IMG/VR virus record: IMGVR_UViG_3300032213_000694
Coordinates: 1-64,000 of that record
Length of the DNA stretch: 64,000 bases
DNA from: an uncultured virus (IMG/VR IMGVR_UViG_3300032213_000694)
Lineage: Duplodnaviria; Heunggongvirae; Uroviricota; Caudoviricetes; Crassvirales
Strand: one strand, 5' to 3'
How positions within the stretch are numbered: position 1 is the first letter of the stretch; each line of letters starts with the position of its first letter. Under the pieces are notes generated by a model that worked only from the letters and a program-made list of their open reading frames with translations, made no database searches and was not told the DNA's origin. Made by a program: the position numbers and the translations under genes. Shown in pieces: positions 35,698 to 45,811 of this stretch.

Positions 35698-37453
35698 TCA
35701 CGCAGAGAGCCTAGGATGGGAACTAGATATAGATTTCCCAGCTTGGGGTAACTCACCCGAATACGTAAAGACAATCTCAGGTGGATACCTGCTTGCAGGA
35801 GAGAAACCAATTAATGCATACGCACGTGTGTCTCGTGCCGTAGCTGATAGACTTGGTAAGCCTGAGATGGCTGACAAGTTCTTTCAATACATTTGGAATG
35901 GATGGTTAAACTTAGCCACACCTGTGCTATCTAACACAGGCACAGACAGAGGCTTGCCTATCTCTTGTTATGGTATTGACATTGAGGACTCAGTGTTTGA
36001 TATTGGAACCAAGAACTTAGAGATGATGCTACTAGCCAAGCATGGTGGTGGAGTAGGTGTGGGCTTTAACCGCATCCGTCCTGCAGGATCAAAGATATCT
36101 AAGAACGGTACGTCTGATGGTGTTATCCCATTCAGTAAGATATTTGACTCTACTATTCTTGCAACATCACAGGGCAATGTCCGTCGTGGTGCGGCATCTA
36201 GTAATCTAAACATTGAGCACAAAGACTTTGAGGATTGGTTAGAGATTCGTGAGCCTAAAGGTGATGTGAATCGCCAGTGCTTGAACCTACACCAGTGTGC
36301 TGTGGTGGGTGATAAGTTTATGCGTAAGCTAGAAGATGGCGATGTGGATGCACGTCGTAAGTGGGGTAAGTTACTGCAGAAGCGTAAGGCCACAGGTGAG
36401 CCGTACATTATGTTCAAAGGCAACGTGAATAAGCAGAACCCTGAGGCATACAAGAAGAATAGCTTGAAGGTATACATGACCAACATCTGCTCTGAAATCG
36501 TATTGCACACAGATGAAAACCATAGCTTTGTTTGTTGCCTGTCATCAGTCAACCTAGCTAAGTACGATGAGTGGAAAGACACAGACTTAATCTATGTAGC
36601 TACATGGTTCCTAGATGGTGTGCTAGAGGAGTTCATCCAAAAAGCTAAGAACATGAAAGGATTCGAGAACGTAGTTCGCTTCGCTGAGAAAGGTCGTGCT
36701 ATTGGCCTAGGTGTACTTGGGTGGCATACATACTTACAGCAGAAAGGTATCCCATTCGAAGGACTACTTGCTCAGTTTGAGACACGTAAGATATTCTCTC
36801 AGATTAAGATTGAGTCTGAGCGTGCATCACGTGACATGGCCGCTGAGTATGGTGAGCCACTATGGTGCGTAGAGACAGGGATGCGTAACACACACTTACG
36901 TGCTATTGCTCCCACGGTATCCAACTCTAAGCTAAGTGGTAACGTGTCAGCTGGTGTTGAGCCTTGGGCCGCTAACGTATTCACAGACCAATCAGCTAAG
37001 GGTACATTCATTCGCAAGAATAAAGAACTTGAGAAGGTGCTAAAGAAGATTGGCATTAACACTAGAGAGATATGGGATAAGATTCTTGCCGATGGTGGAT
37101 CAATCCAAGACATACCTGAGCTAGATAATTGGTTCTATGTGAACGGTAAGTTGACAGAGAATCCTGAGGGCGATGACCACATCCCAGTTAAAGATGTATT
37201 CAAAACATTCAAGGAGATAAACCAATTAGAATTAATTAAACAGGCAGGTATCCGTCAGCAGTACATCGACCAATCTGTTTCGTTGAATCTAGCATTCCCA
37301 TCTCAGGCTACACCTAAATGGATTAATCAGGTACACATGGAGGCATGGAGACAACGCATCAAAACATTGTATTATATGCGTACTGAGTCTGTTTTACGTG
37401 CTGATATTGCTACACGTGCAACCGACCCTGATTGCTTATCTTGCGATGGTTAA
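35690..37453 (+). CDS. nrdA: ribonucleotide reductase class Ia alpha subunit (no ATP cone)
   Basis: ATPVL.N.G, ISC, GGGVG, TNICSE, CCLSS.NL, AIAPT, IDQS.S.N, KTLYY.R, C-terminal CLSCDG. Confidence 0.95.
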   Translation: MINHAESLGWELDIDFPAWGNSPEYVKTISGGYLLAGEKPINAYARVSRAVADRLGKPEMADKFFQYIWNGWLNLATPVLSNTGTDRGLPISCYGIDIEDSVFDIGTKNLEMMLLAKHGGGVGVGFNRIRPAGSKISKNGTSDGVIPFSKIFDSTILATSQGNVRRGAASSNLNIEHKDFEDWLEIREPKGDVNRQCLNLHQCAVVGDKFMRKLEDGDVDARRKWGKLLQKRKATGEPYIMFKGNVNKQNPEAYKKNSLKVYMTNICSEIVLHTDENHSFVCCLSSVNLAKYDEWKDTDLIYVATWFLDGVLEEFIQKAKNMKGFENVVRFAEKGRAIGLGVLGWHTYLQQKGIPFEGLLAQFETRKIFSQIKIESERASRDMAAEYGEPLWCVETGMRNTHLRAIAPTVSNSKLSGNVSAGVEPWAANVFTDQSAKGTFIRKNKELEKVLKKIGINTREIWDKILADGGSIQDIPELDNWFYVNGKLTENPEGDDHIPVKDVFKTFKEINQLELIKQAGIRQQYIDQSVSLNLAFPSQATPKWINQVHMEAWRQRIKTLYYMRTESVLRADIATRATDPDCLSCDG

Positions 37454-37526
37454 AATTTTTTATTAAAAATATACAAGTAATTAGATATTTAACTAAATTT
37501 ACAAAGGTTAAAGTGATAATTTTTTG

Positions 37527-37566
37527 AAGGGGAGGTGTTTATCGTTTTACACTTCCCCTTTATTTG
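37527..37566 (+). terminator. intrinsic terminator / hairpin after nrdA
   Basis: AAGGGGAGGTGT-N10-ACACTTCCCCTT then TATTTG. Confidence 0.6.
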
Positions 37567-37569
37567 TTT

Positions 37570-37770
37570 ATGAAAGAGCATATTGACTATACTAACACAA
37601 CAATTCGCTTCATCAATAAGATGACGGATGAGATATATGAGGCTCTTATGGACAAAGAGTACGAGGATCTTCAGGATTCCATTTACATTCTAATCGAAAA
37701 ATTAAATCAATTACGTGATGAAACCTTACCTAGAATACGCACTAGAACTACACCAGCAGGGAGACCTTAA
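37570..37770 (+). CDS. hypothetical protein
   Basis: MKEHIDY...IYEALMDKE. Confidence 0.6.
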   Translation: MKEHIDYTNTTIRFINKMTDEIYEALMDKEYEDLQDSIYILIEKLNQLRDETLPRIRTRTTPAGRP

Positions 37771-38848
37771 TAAAGCTGAGATTGCTAAAAGAGTACAGGA
37801 ACACTACAATATGCACGACCGCAACGTAGAGACTCTTCGCAAGAAAATATCCGCATACATTTTAAAGATAGAGCACAAGAGCCTCAGTGATGAGTGTGAT
37901 GCGCAAGGTGCACCCGCAGGTGAGGTATCGCACTATTGGCTAAAAACAGACAAGCATTCTATATTTGTTAAGGTTGACAAGAAAGACCCGATAGAAGCCT
38001 ACCATGATATGCGAGCAGACATCGTGGCTGAGATGCAAAAGCACGCACCTGTATACCCTAAGTTAGAACGTAACAACAATCAAGATGGTCACCTGTTAGT
38101 AGTTGACCCAGCTGACATTCACATCGGTAAGTTAGCCTCCTCTTTTGAGACTGGAGATGACTACAATAATCACATCGCTGTTCAGCGTGTACTTGATGGT
38201 GTACGTGGTATTATTCAAAAAGCATCAGGGTTTAACATCGACAAGATTCTTTTTGTAGGTGGCAATGACATCCTTCACATAGACACACCAAAGCGTACGA
38301 CTACGGGCGGAACTCCACAAGATACAGATGGAATGTGGTACGACAACTTTAGAGTCGCTAAGAAGCTATATATCGACGTCATCGAGATGCTCATTAGTAT
38401 TGCCGACGTTCACTTTGTGTTCAACCCATCAAACCACGACTATACTAATGGTTTCTTTTTAGCTGATGCTATTGAGTCTTGGTTCCATAACAACCCCAAC
38501 ATTACATTTGATTGCTCTATCGCACACAGAAAGTATACAAAATATGGAAACAATTTAATTGGGACTACGCATGGCGATGGTGCGAAGACTCAAGACTTAC
38601 CTTTATTAATGGCTCATGAAGCAAGCAAGGAGTGGGCAGACTCCAAACACCGTTACGTATATACTCACCATGTGCACCACAAGTCTTCTAAGGATTATAT
38701 GGGCGTTTGCGTCGAGTCTCTCCGATCTCCCAGTGGTACCGATTCATGGCACCATAGAAATGGCTATCAACACGCACCTAAAGCGGTTGAGGGATTCATC
38801 CACCACAAAGAGAATGGGCAGGTTGCACGACTAGTTAATATATTTTAG
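37718..38848 (+). CDS. calcineurin-like metallophosphoesterase
   Basis: DIHIGK, GND..H.D, SNHD, THGD, HHVHH. Confidence 0.85.
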   Translation: MKPYLEYALELHQQGDLNKAEIAKRVQEHYNMHDRNVETLRKKISAYILKIEHKSLSDECDAQGAPAGEVSHYWLKTDKHSIFVKVDKKDPIEAYHDMRADIVAEMQKHAPVYPKLERNNNQDGHLLVVDPADIHIGKLASSFETGDDYNNHIAVQRVLDGVRGIIQKASGFNIDKILFVGGNDILHIDTPKRTTTGGTPQDTDGMWYDNFRVAKKLYIDVIEMLISIADVHFVFNPSNHDYTNGFFLADAIESWFHNNPNITFDCSIAHRKYTKYGNNLIGTTHGDGAKTQDLPLLMAHEASKEWADSKHRYVYTHHVHHKSSKDYMGVCVESLRSPSGTDSWHHRNGYQHAPKAVEGFIHHKENGQVARLVNIF

Positions 38849-38856
38849 TATTTTTG
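38849..38856 (+). promoter_or_regulatory. -7 promoter box
   Basis: TATTTTTG 15 nt upstream of ATG. Confidence 0.55.
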
Positions 38857-38871
38857 TGAAAACATAATATC

Positions 38872-39225
38872 ATGACAGTACAAGAATATGTTAGTGCATT
38901 GATGGAGATTGAGAATATATCTCACATCGCACACCTACAGACATCATCATTTGCAGAGCATAAGGCTTTGAATGAATTATACGACGGAATTGCTGACCAG
39001 TTCGACGCATTCGTGGAGGCTTACCAAGGTAAGTATGGCATCATCAAAGGATACAAGTCTTTTAAATTAGATGAGTCTGTTGATATGGTATCTTACTTGA
39101 AAGAAAAGATGTCAGCATTTGAAATGTATAAGGCTACATTAACTGATGGCTACTTGCAACAAATGGTTGATAATACACAAGAGTTATTGAGTACAACTCT
39201 ATATAAATTAAGATTTTTAAGTTAA
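38872..39225 (+). CDS. ferritin/Dps-like protein (DUF5856-like)
   Basis: H..HLQT.SFAEHKAL...YD......D.FVE.YQGKYG...YKL.FL. Confidence 0.8.
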   Translation: MTVQEYVSALMEIENISHIAHLQTSSFAEHKALNELYDGIADQFDAFVEAYQGKYGIIKGYKSFKLDESVDMVSYLKEKMSAFEMYKATLTDGYLQQMVDNTQELLSTTLYKLRFLS

Positions 39226-39248
39226 AATTGCGTATAAGGTGATTAGTT

Positions 39249-39276
39249 AAAAAGGGGGCTCTTGGCCCCCATTTTT
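39249..39276. terminator. bidirectional terminator at convergence of the two arms
   Basis: AAAAA-GGGGGCT-CTT-GGCCCCC-ATTTTT. Confidence 0.8.
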
Positions 39277-39279
39277 ATT

Positions 39280-42200
39280 TTAGAACTTCACTTTTGTTTT
39301 TGATTTAGAAGCAGTTTTTTCTTCTTTAGCTTTCTTTTTATTTTTCAAAGCTTGATTCTTTACAATCTTCTCGATGTTTGTTCCATAACTCAAGAATTCT
39401 CTTGGCCCTAATGTACTAGCAGTTATGGCTCTAGGTATCAAGGATAATTTTAGTTGTTTCTTCTGCTCCTCTGTGTATTCTGTTTTATTCCCATACTTAT
39501 CAGTGAAGTAACCTTTGTCTGCATCTTTATACGTTTGGTATATTTTATACAATGTTTCATAAGCGACATTCGGAACACCACCAATTAAGGACATTAAACT
39601 TTCTCCCTCTTTCGGGTCTTTTACATAGAATCTAAATGGAGTATCTAGCCTTTCTTTTTTCTTTGCTGTCTCTCTTTCTTGTAATGTTTTTCTAGGTTTA
39701 CGTTTGCCCTTTACTTTTTTGCCTAATAATGATTCTGCATTTTTAGCAGCTTCTTTCTCGGCTTCTTTTTCAGTTTCTTTTTTAGCTTTTAGTTGTTCAT
39801 CTGGAGTACCTCCTTCAATCATATCTAAAGCTGAATTAAGGCTTAATAATACTAAATCAGATGTAAATTCAGGTAAATTAAGAGCAAATTCATTAAAAAG
39901 TTTACCATAAAATATCTTATCCTTAAATTGTTCGTCTAGTAATTTATCCTCTTCGTCTCTATCGTCTCCACCTAAAGAAGCATATGCTGCTGCTAATAAC
40001 CATCCTTGTATACCTCTTTGAACCCATTCGAATATATATGATTCAGCAATACCGGATGCTAAAGATTGTAAAGCAACAGCTTTATCTTCAATGTTAGAGT
40101 TTTTAGATGTAAGTATTGTTATATTTCTTGCATTCTTATCCTTTAAGTTAAATTGATAAGACGCAAACGGAAATACCAATTGACGAATAATCTTTGTGGT
40201 TGGATTTTTAGATGCAAGTAACTTTCCTCCCAACTCAGATACGTTCATATTTTGCTGATCTTGAACCATATATTCAGCGTAATCAGCAGCCTCTTCGTTT
40301 ATTTCGTGAGTTTTCCAGTCAATATTTGTATCTAAACCTAAGTCCTTTAGTTTCTTTCTGTAGTATGCAAACCAAGAAACTTTAGCTACAAAAACGTCAG
40401 GCTTTTTTAAGAATGTTTCAATATAGAAATCACTTATATTTGAAGCACCATCTACCAATTGGTTTACATTCTTATTTTTATTCCTCTCTATTAAATTCTC
40501 TGCATAGTCTATGGATGTTTGAGACTCTGCACCACGCAAAGAAATACCATATCCAGAATTATTTAATGCTTTTATAGCATCATCATTCATATAATCTGCA
40601 AAGCTATTAAGATAAGCCTGTGGGTCGTCAATAGTATTGATTAATGTATTAAATGTCATAGGCAATGATTGCTTAACAGCAGCATTCATAGATCCTAAAC
40701 CAATCTTTGTACCCATACGACTTACAGTAGAGAGTACCTTAGCTGCAATCTTAGTTTCATATAAACTAGATGTATCTGATCGCTCTCTTAATGCATTTAT
40801 ATTAAACATCAAACGATCCTTAATCATTTGTCTTTGATTGTAATCAGGAATCATTTCTTTGAATGCGTTTGAGTTTATATAACCCATATACCTTTGAACA
40901 AAAGGAGTTGTTCTTACATCTATTATGGTTCTTTCTAAAGCTTTAATATTACCAGAATCAAAGTCATAATCTCTAACACGGGTAACTTCATTATTCGTCA
41001 TAGGAAGACCTTCTATTCTATTTATTTTTTGTAACGTACCAACACGCTCAGTTTTTATTGCATCAAAATCCATTTTAAACGAACCTTTAGTCAATAAATC
41101 AACGCTTGTATCTGAGGCTAATTTTTCATACATCTCAGGGGTATAGTTTGTATCTTCACCTAGAATTATACCATAATAATCGGCCGCCATTCTCTTAAAT
41201 TCAGGATAGTATTTTTTCCATTCGTTTTGGAATTCCTGAACAGCAGTTTGATTTATAGGATCAATTTCTTTCTTAACACCATCGATATCTTTTTTATCTT
41301 TTATTTTTTGATATACCTGGTCATATAGGTCAGCTTTCTTGACCAATAAACTGTCTTTCGTCTTTTTCAATTCTTCAATCGTAAGACGTAATTGCTTCAT
41401 CTTTCTATCGAACTCTTTTTTAATTTCCTCAGGAGTTCCATTTAGAATGGTTCTAGATAAATCAGCAAATATACCACGCTCGTATGCATTATATGCTGTA
41501 TAGAAATCTTGGTCATTTGGTCTAGAGCCTTTAAATCTTTCTGAGTATTTATCAGCAAACTTATTAGCAATACTTTTACCATCAACAAATCCCTTAACAA
41601 TTCCAGAAAACCCAGAGTTTCTTAAGAACTTAATACCCTTGGCTGTGCTTCTAAACATATTGACAACCAAAGAGTCCACCTTTGATACATAGCGACCCCA
41701 TAGAGAACTATATATCTTACCAGCAAGAGGAATTCGTCCTAATAATCCATAGATTAATGGTTGGGCGACTAAACCTGCATTTAAATCTTTATCGGAATTA
41801 GTAACACCAACGTATGATTCATACACAGCTCCCATTCGAGTTGTAATACCATTAACGATTAAGTTCTCTAATGCATTTACAGCAGCCAATTGTTTATCAA
41901 GAGGCAATGCTTCAATGTCCATATTTAAGAAATTGTTAATCAAATCAAAATCGGCATCCAACTCATCAATCTCCCCGTTGGCCATCATATCACGTACAAC
42001 ATCAGAGAACCCTTCAAAGGCATTCTTAGTATATTCTTTTACTATGTCGGACTTAGTAGAATCTGCATTCTCGACATTCTCTTCCACTGATGAGATGTAA
42101 TCTTGAATTTCTTCTAATGACATCGTGTCGTCAATTAGTTTTGCATCCACCAAATATTGGTATTGATCCAATAAGATATTTTTATTTATCTCATCTTGGA

Positions 42201-45200
42201 TATCTTTCTGCTCTTTAACATAGTCATTTATTTCAGACAATACAGCTGCACGTCTTGCTAATACCTCTCCTTTAACTACTTTTACACCACGTACCGCATT
42301 GAACATTTGCTCAGCATAATCAATATACTCATCAATATCCTCTACTAAACTTGGTCTGATAGCTACGAGTCCTCTTGCTGCAATCTTAATATCATCAACT
42401 ACAGTATCTGACTTAATAGCTTTCTTAATCTTAGATCGTAAATCATTAGCCTGAGCAACTTTAGCTGCATATTCAGCGTTATCTAATACACGTTCAACTC
42501 TATTGAAGAAGTTCTCACGTATAGTAGGATTCATCAAATTAGATTTCAACCCATTCAATAAAACATTAGCCTGAGCTTGAGTTAACTTGTTCCCTTTCTG
42601 AAGTGACTTTATTTTATCTACCGCATTAGCAATGCTTGTTTGCACTGCTTTAGTGGCAACCTTTGCTCCTTTAGCTTCTGCTTTTAATGTAGCTTTCAAT
42701 GCATCTAATTCATTGATAGCAATCTTATCTAAAGATCCTTTTAGAATACTATTTACTTTCTCTATGAATTTTTTTCTAGCATCTACTGTGTCTAGCTTTT
42801 TGCCTAATGCATTGAATACAATATTAAGGTCTCTTTTACTTAATGCACCTTTGATATTTTTCTTTACATAATCATTAATAAGCTTTCTTGCTTTTTCTGC
42901 AAAATCAAATCCTGTCTTAGCAGCCTTAGATTCTACTCGCAACTTTTCTTTTAATCCTGTAACTTCATTAACAGGAACTTTCTTACCAGGCTCTTGACCT
43001 AATATCTTTTTAGTTGATGAGGCTTTCTTACCTTTTGTAGGTGTGACAGGCTCTTCTGTTACTTGCTCAACTACTTCTTCAGGTTGAACTTCTTCAGTAA
43101 CTGTAACCGTTGGGCCACCGGTAACTTGCTCAGTGACTCCTTGAGTTGTTGGAGTTTGTTCGATGGCTCCGAAGACTTCATCGATGTCTTGTTCTGTTGC
43201 ATTTTGCTCAAAGTTTTTAAGTGTGTATTGGTAAGCTATCTCTTGAGCACGTTGCCCACGGATTGTTCTTTTTTGATTGTTATCGGTATCTAAGTTTACA
43301 GATACTACATCACCATTTTCATCATAATTAATAGCAGCCATTGGATCGCTATAATTATTTAGTAAAGTATTACCCTCTATTGTTACAGAGTTGTCATCGT
43401 TTACTGTGATTTCTAAAGGTGCCTCCTCAGAAAGACCTAACTCTTCTAGAGATTGGTCTTGTATTTCATTGATGTTGCCAAGTTCAGTAATTCTATCGTC
43501 AGATTCAAACACAACTGTGCCATTCTCTTCAGTATACAAACTGCCTCTTTTGCCATCTAATGTAAATACTTTAGGCTTATTTACTGCATCAATTATTGTT
43601 ACAGCTGGGGTAACGACCTCTTCTGTAGTAGTTACTACTTCTTCAGCAGGAGTTACTTCTTCTGCTTTAACTTCTTCGGTAACGACTTCAGGTTCTGCTT
43701 GGGGTTCTCCTTGCGCCACTTCTCCGCTAACTCCGGTTTCTGGCTGTACAGGTACTTCACTTGTTGTTTGCTCTTGAACGGCATTTTCTGGTATTTTAGA
43801 TAGTTGTTCGTTATTTTTATTTATTATCGCTTGCTTACTTTCAATTTCAGCTGCAATGTTTTTAACTAATTGCGGATTTTTATTTGCCATATAAGCAGAT
43901 AAATCATCAATCTCATTTTGGACTTTCTGATTCTGTGCAATTAAAGCAAAAGCTTCCCTTTGTCCTTTAGTAGAAAGATTGTCAGGTATTTCCTGCAATA
44001 TTTTTTTGCTATTAGCTAGTTCTTTTATAGATGCCTTAGCTTGATCTTCAGTAATCTTACCTTCGATAAATTGCACTTGCAAGTTTGCTAAAGTGGCTGT
44101 CATATGGTTGTCATCCAACACCAAGTCTCTCCACTCTTCAAAGTCAGCATCACTCATTTGCTTTCCTGACAAAGCTCTTTGGGCTCCTGAAATTGTACCA
44201 CCCATAATAAGACCACCTAAGCCTTCTACGTGTGCATCATATAAAACCTTATCTAAAAATTCACCTGAAAGTAATTTAGGGTTTTCAAATAAGTCAATAT
44301 TATTTGCCTTATCATAAATTTCCTTAGTAACAGTTTCTGTAAAGGACTGAAGACCACCAGTTTCAAATTCACTTAAGTAGGCTTTTGCTGCGGTAGTTCC
44401 GCCTTGTAAAATCATCTTACCTACAGCACTTTCTGCAACCTTTTTAGTAGCTAATTCTATAGCTCCTAACGTAGCATTTTTAGGAACCTGAGACAATACC
44501 ATATTGGTAAATCTACCCAACAAAGGAGTGCCTTTACCTAATACATTTCTAAATCCAAAATCCTCTAAGAATCCAGATACAATCGCAATGGGAAGTGTTA
44601 TCTTCTTTCTTTCGTTCTCATCCATTGAAGCTGTCTGAGGATTGTTATCCATCTCTTCATTTAGATTAGCATACATTTGCATTGCACCTGTAGCAAAACG
44701 ACCATATCCACCTGAAGCCATCATAGGAATACTTTCAGCAACACCTAATACGGCCTGAGCAATATCCCCTGACTTCTTTTTTTCTTGAATAAATTCCTCG
44801 GTAGTACCCTCAGATTTTACTCCTTCATAACCTTTCTTTAGAATTGGTTTAAACTCATTAATAACTTCTTTCTTAGAAAGGTCTTTAACTTTAGTTTGTA
44901 TTTGATCTTCGGTAAGTTTGCCTTTTGATTCTTTTATAACCTTGTTTCTTAGCTCAGATTCCTTTTGCTTGCTTGCATAAGGTATCCCCATTAAATCAAG
45001 TATTTCAATACCTGCATCAATGGTTGCCCTTTGCATACCTTGGCCATACTTTTCGAATCCAGTTACAACAGAATTCCAAAGAGCACCACCCCAATTACCT
45101 TGCTTGGCTTTTTCTGCATAGTTTTGAGTGACTAATTTATTTAATCCCTTTACATCTTGATTTAACTGTGCAATATCTTGGTTTACAGTTTCAGCCTCTT

Positions 45201-45804
45201 TATTTAATGATTCTTTTTGATTTTCTAAAGTAGCAATCTTAGCATTGACCGATGGGTCATTAGGGTTTAATTCGATGTAAGCATTTAACTCATCGTATTG
45301 TTTTGACAACAAATCAGCCCTCTTTTTAAAATCGGCTTGTTTAATAGATAAGTCTTTTGATTTACCGCTTAAAGCTTTACCAACAAAATCAACATCTTTA
45401 GTAACACTCCCTTTAGGAGCGAAAAAAACGGGATTGGTATAATCAAATTTATTCTTCTTTTTTGATGGGTCTAATAATAGCAATCCCATGCTTTCTCCTT
45501 GTGTAGGAGATTTTAATATAGAACCCTTTTGACGAGGAGCCGTAGGTGAAGCAGACGCCCCAGAAACAGACAGAACTTCTTCTGTAGGTTGTGACGGATT
45601 TTTTTTTTTAGCTTCGCCAAAAAACTGAGTATAAAACTCTGTTTCAGGCTTGGTATATAAATCTTCAGAAACTAATAATCCATGTAATTTTTTTTGAGAT
45701 TCAGGATTTGAAAACTGCTTCTCAAAATCATCAAATGATTTAGTGTAAAGATTCTCACTTACCAATAAATTATGTAATTTTTTTCTGCTAGTGTTATCCA
45801 TCAA
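39280..45804 (-). CDS. very large internal virion/ejection protein
   Basis: 2174 aa, largely helical, last gene of structural operon; no RNA polymerase DxDGD motif seen. Confidence 0.65.
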   Translation of the reverse strand: MMDNTSRKKLHNLLVSENLYTKSFDDFEKQFSNPESQKKLHGLLVSEDLYTKPETEFYTQFFGEAKKKNPSQPTEEVLSVSGASASPTAPRQKGSILKSPTQGESMGLLLLDPSKKKNKFDYTNPVFFAPKGSVTKDVDFVGKALSGKSKDLSIKQADFKKRADLLSKQYDELNAYIELNPNDPSVNAKIATLENQKESLNKEAETVNQDIAQLNQDVKGLNKLVTQNYAEKAKQGNWGGALWNSVVTGFEKYGQGMQRATIDAGIEILDLMGIPYASKQKESELRNKVIKESKGKLTEDQIQTKVKDLSKKEVINEFKPILKKGYEGVKSEGTTEEFIQEKKKSGDIAQAVLGVAESIPMMASGGYGRFATGAMQMYANLNEEMDNNPQTASMDENERKKITLPIAIVSGFLEDFGFRNVLGKGTPLLGRFTNMVLSQVPKNATLGAIELATKKVAESAVGKMILQGGTTAAKAYLSEFETGGLQSFTETVTKEIYDKANNIDLFENPKLLSGEFLDKVLYDAHVEGLGGLIMGGTISGAQRALSGKQMSDADFEEWRDLVLDDNHMTATLANLQVQFIEGKITEDQAKASIKELANSKKILQEIPDNLSTKGQREAFALIAQNQKVQNEIDDLSAYMANKNPQLVKNIAAEIESKQAIINKNNEQLSKIPENAVQEQTTSEVPVQPETGVSGEVAQGEPQAEPEVVTEEVKAEEVTPAEEVVTTTEEVVTPAVTIIDAVNKPKVFTLDGKRGSLYTEENGTVVFESDDRITELGNINEIQDQSLEELGLSEEAPLEITVNDDNSVTIEGNTLLNNYSDPMAAINYDENGDVVSVNLDTDNNQKRTIRGQRAQEIAYQYTLKNFEQNATEQDIDEVFGAIEQTPTTQGVTEQVTGGPTVTVTEEVQPEEVVEQVTEEPVTPTKGKKASSTKKILGQEPGKKVPVNEVTGLKEKLRVESKAAKTGFDFAEKARKLINDYVKKNIKGALSKRDLNIVFNALGKKLDTVDARKKFIEKVNSILKGSLDKIAINELDALKATLKAEAKGAKVATKAVQTSIANAVDKIKSLQKGNKLTQAQANVLLNGLKSNLMNPTIRENFFNRVERVLDNAEYAAKVAQANDLRSKIKKAIKSDTVVDDIKIAARGLVAIRPSLVEDIDEYIDYAEQMFNAVRGVKVVKGEVLARRAAVLSEINDYVKEQKDIQDEINKNILLDQYQYLVDAKLIDDTMSLEEIQDYISSVEENVENADSTKSDIVKEYTKNAFEGFSDVVRDMMANGEIDELDADFDLINNFLNMDIEALPLDKQLAAVNALENLIVNGITTRMGAVYESYVGVTNSDKDLNAGLVAQPLIYGLLGRIPLAGKIYSSLWGRYVSKVDSLVVNMFRSTAKGIKFLRNSGFSGIVKGFVDGKSIANKFADKYSERFKGSRPNDQDFYTAYNAYERGIFADLSRTILNGTPEEIKKEFDRKMKQLRLTIEELKKTKDSLLVKKADLYDQVYQKIKDKKDIDGVKKEIDPINQTAVQEFQNEWKKYYPEFKRMAADYYGIILGEDTNYTPEMYEKLASDTSVDLLTKGSFKMDFDAIKTERVGTLQKINRIEGLPMTNNEVTRVRDYDFDSGNIKALERTIIDVRTTPFVQRYMGYINSNAFKEMIPDYNQRQMIKDRLMFNINALRERSDTSSLYETKIAAKVLSTVSRMGTKIGLGSMNAAVKQSLPMTFNTLINTIDDPQAYLNSFADYMNDDAIKALNNSGYGISLRGAESQTSIDYAENLIERNKNKNVNQLVDGASNISDFYIETFLKKPDVFVAKVSWFAYYRKKLKDLGLDTNIDWKTHEINEEAADYAEYMVQDQQNMNVSELGGKLLASKNPTTKIIRQLVFPFASYQFNLKDKNARNITILTSKNSNIEDKAVALQSLASGIAESYIFEWVQRGIQGWLLAAAYASLGGDDRDEEDKLLDEQFKDKIFYGKLFNEFALNLPEFTSDLVLLSLNSALDMIEGGTPDEQLKAKKETEKEAEKEAAKNAESLLGKKVKGKRKPRKTLQERETAKKKERLDTPFRFYVKDPKEGESLMSLIGGVPNVAYETLYKIYQTYKDADKGYFTDKYGNKTEYTEEQKKQLKLSLIPRAITASTLGPREFLSYGTNIEKIVKNQALKNKKKAKEEKTASKSKTKVKF
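43653..43784 (-). CDS. overprinted small basic protein (MPFKS family) nested in +1 frame
   Basis: MPFKSKQQVKYLYSQKPELAEKWRKENPKQNLKSLPKKLKQKK*; A-rich leader CTAAAATACCAGAAA. Confidence 0.65.
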   Translation of the reverse strand: MPFKSKQQVKYLYSQKPELAEKWRKENPKQNLKSLPKKLKQKK

Positions 45805-45811
45805 TTATTAT

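Noticed and set aside
35968..37113. - strand ORFs opposite nrdA
   Set aside because: Antisense shadows
39280..45804. 2174-aa protein as a crAss- or N4-like virion RNA polymerase
   Set aside because: No DxDGD or T7-like catalytic motifs seen; host-type promoters are present throughout
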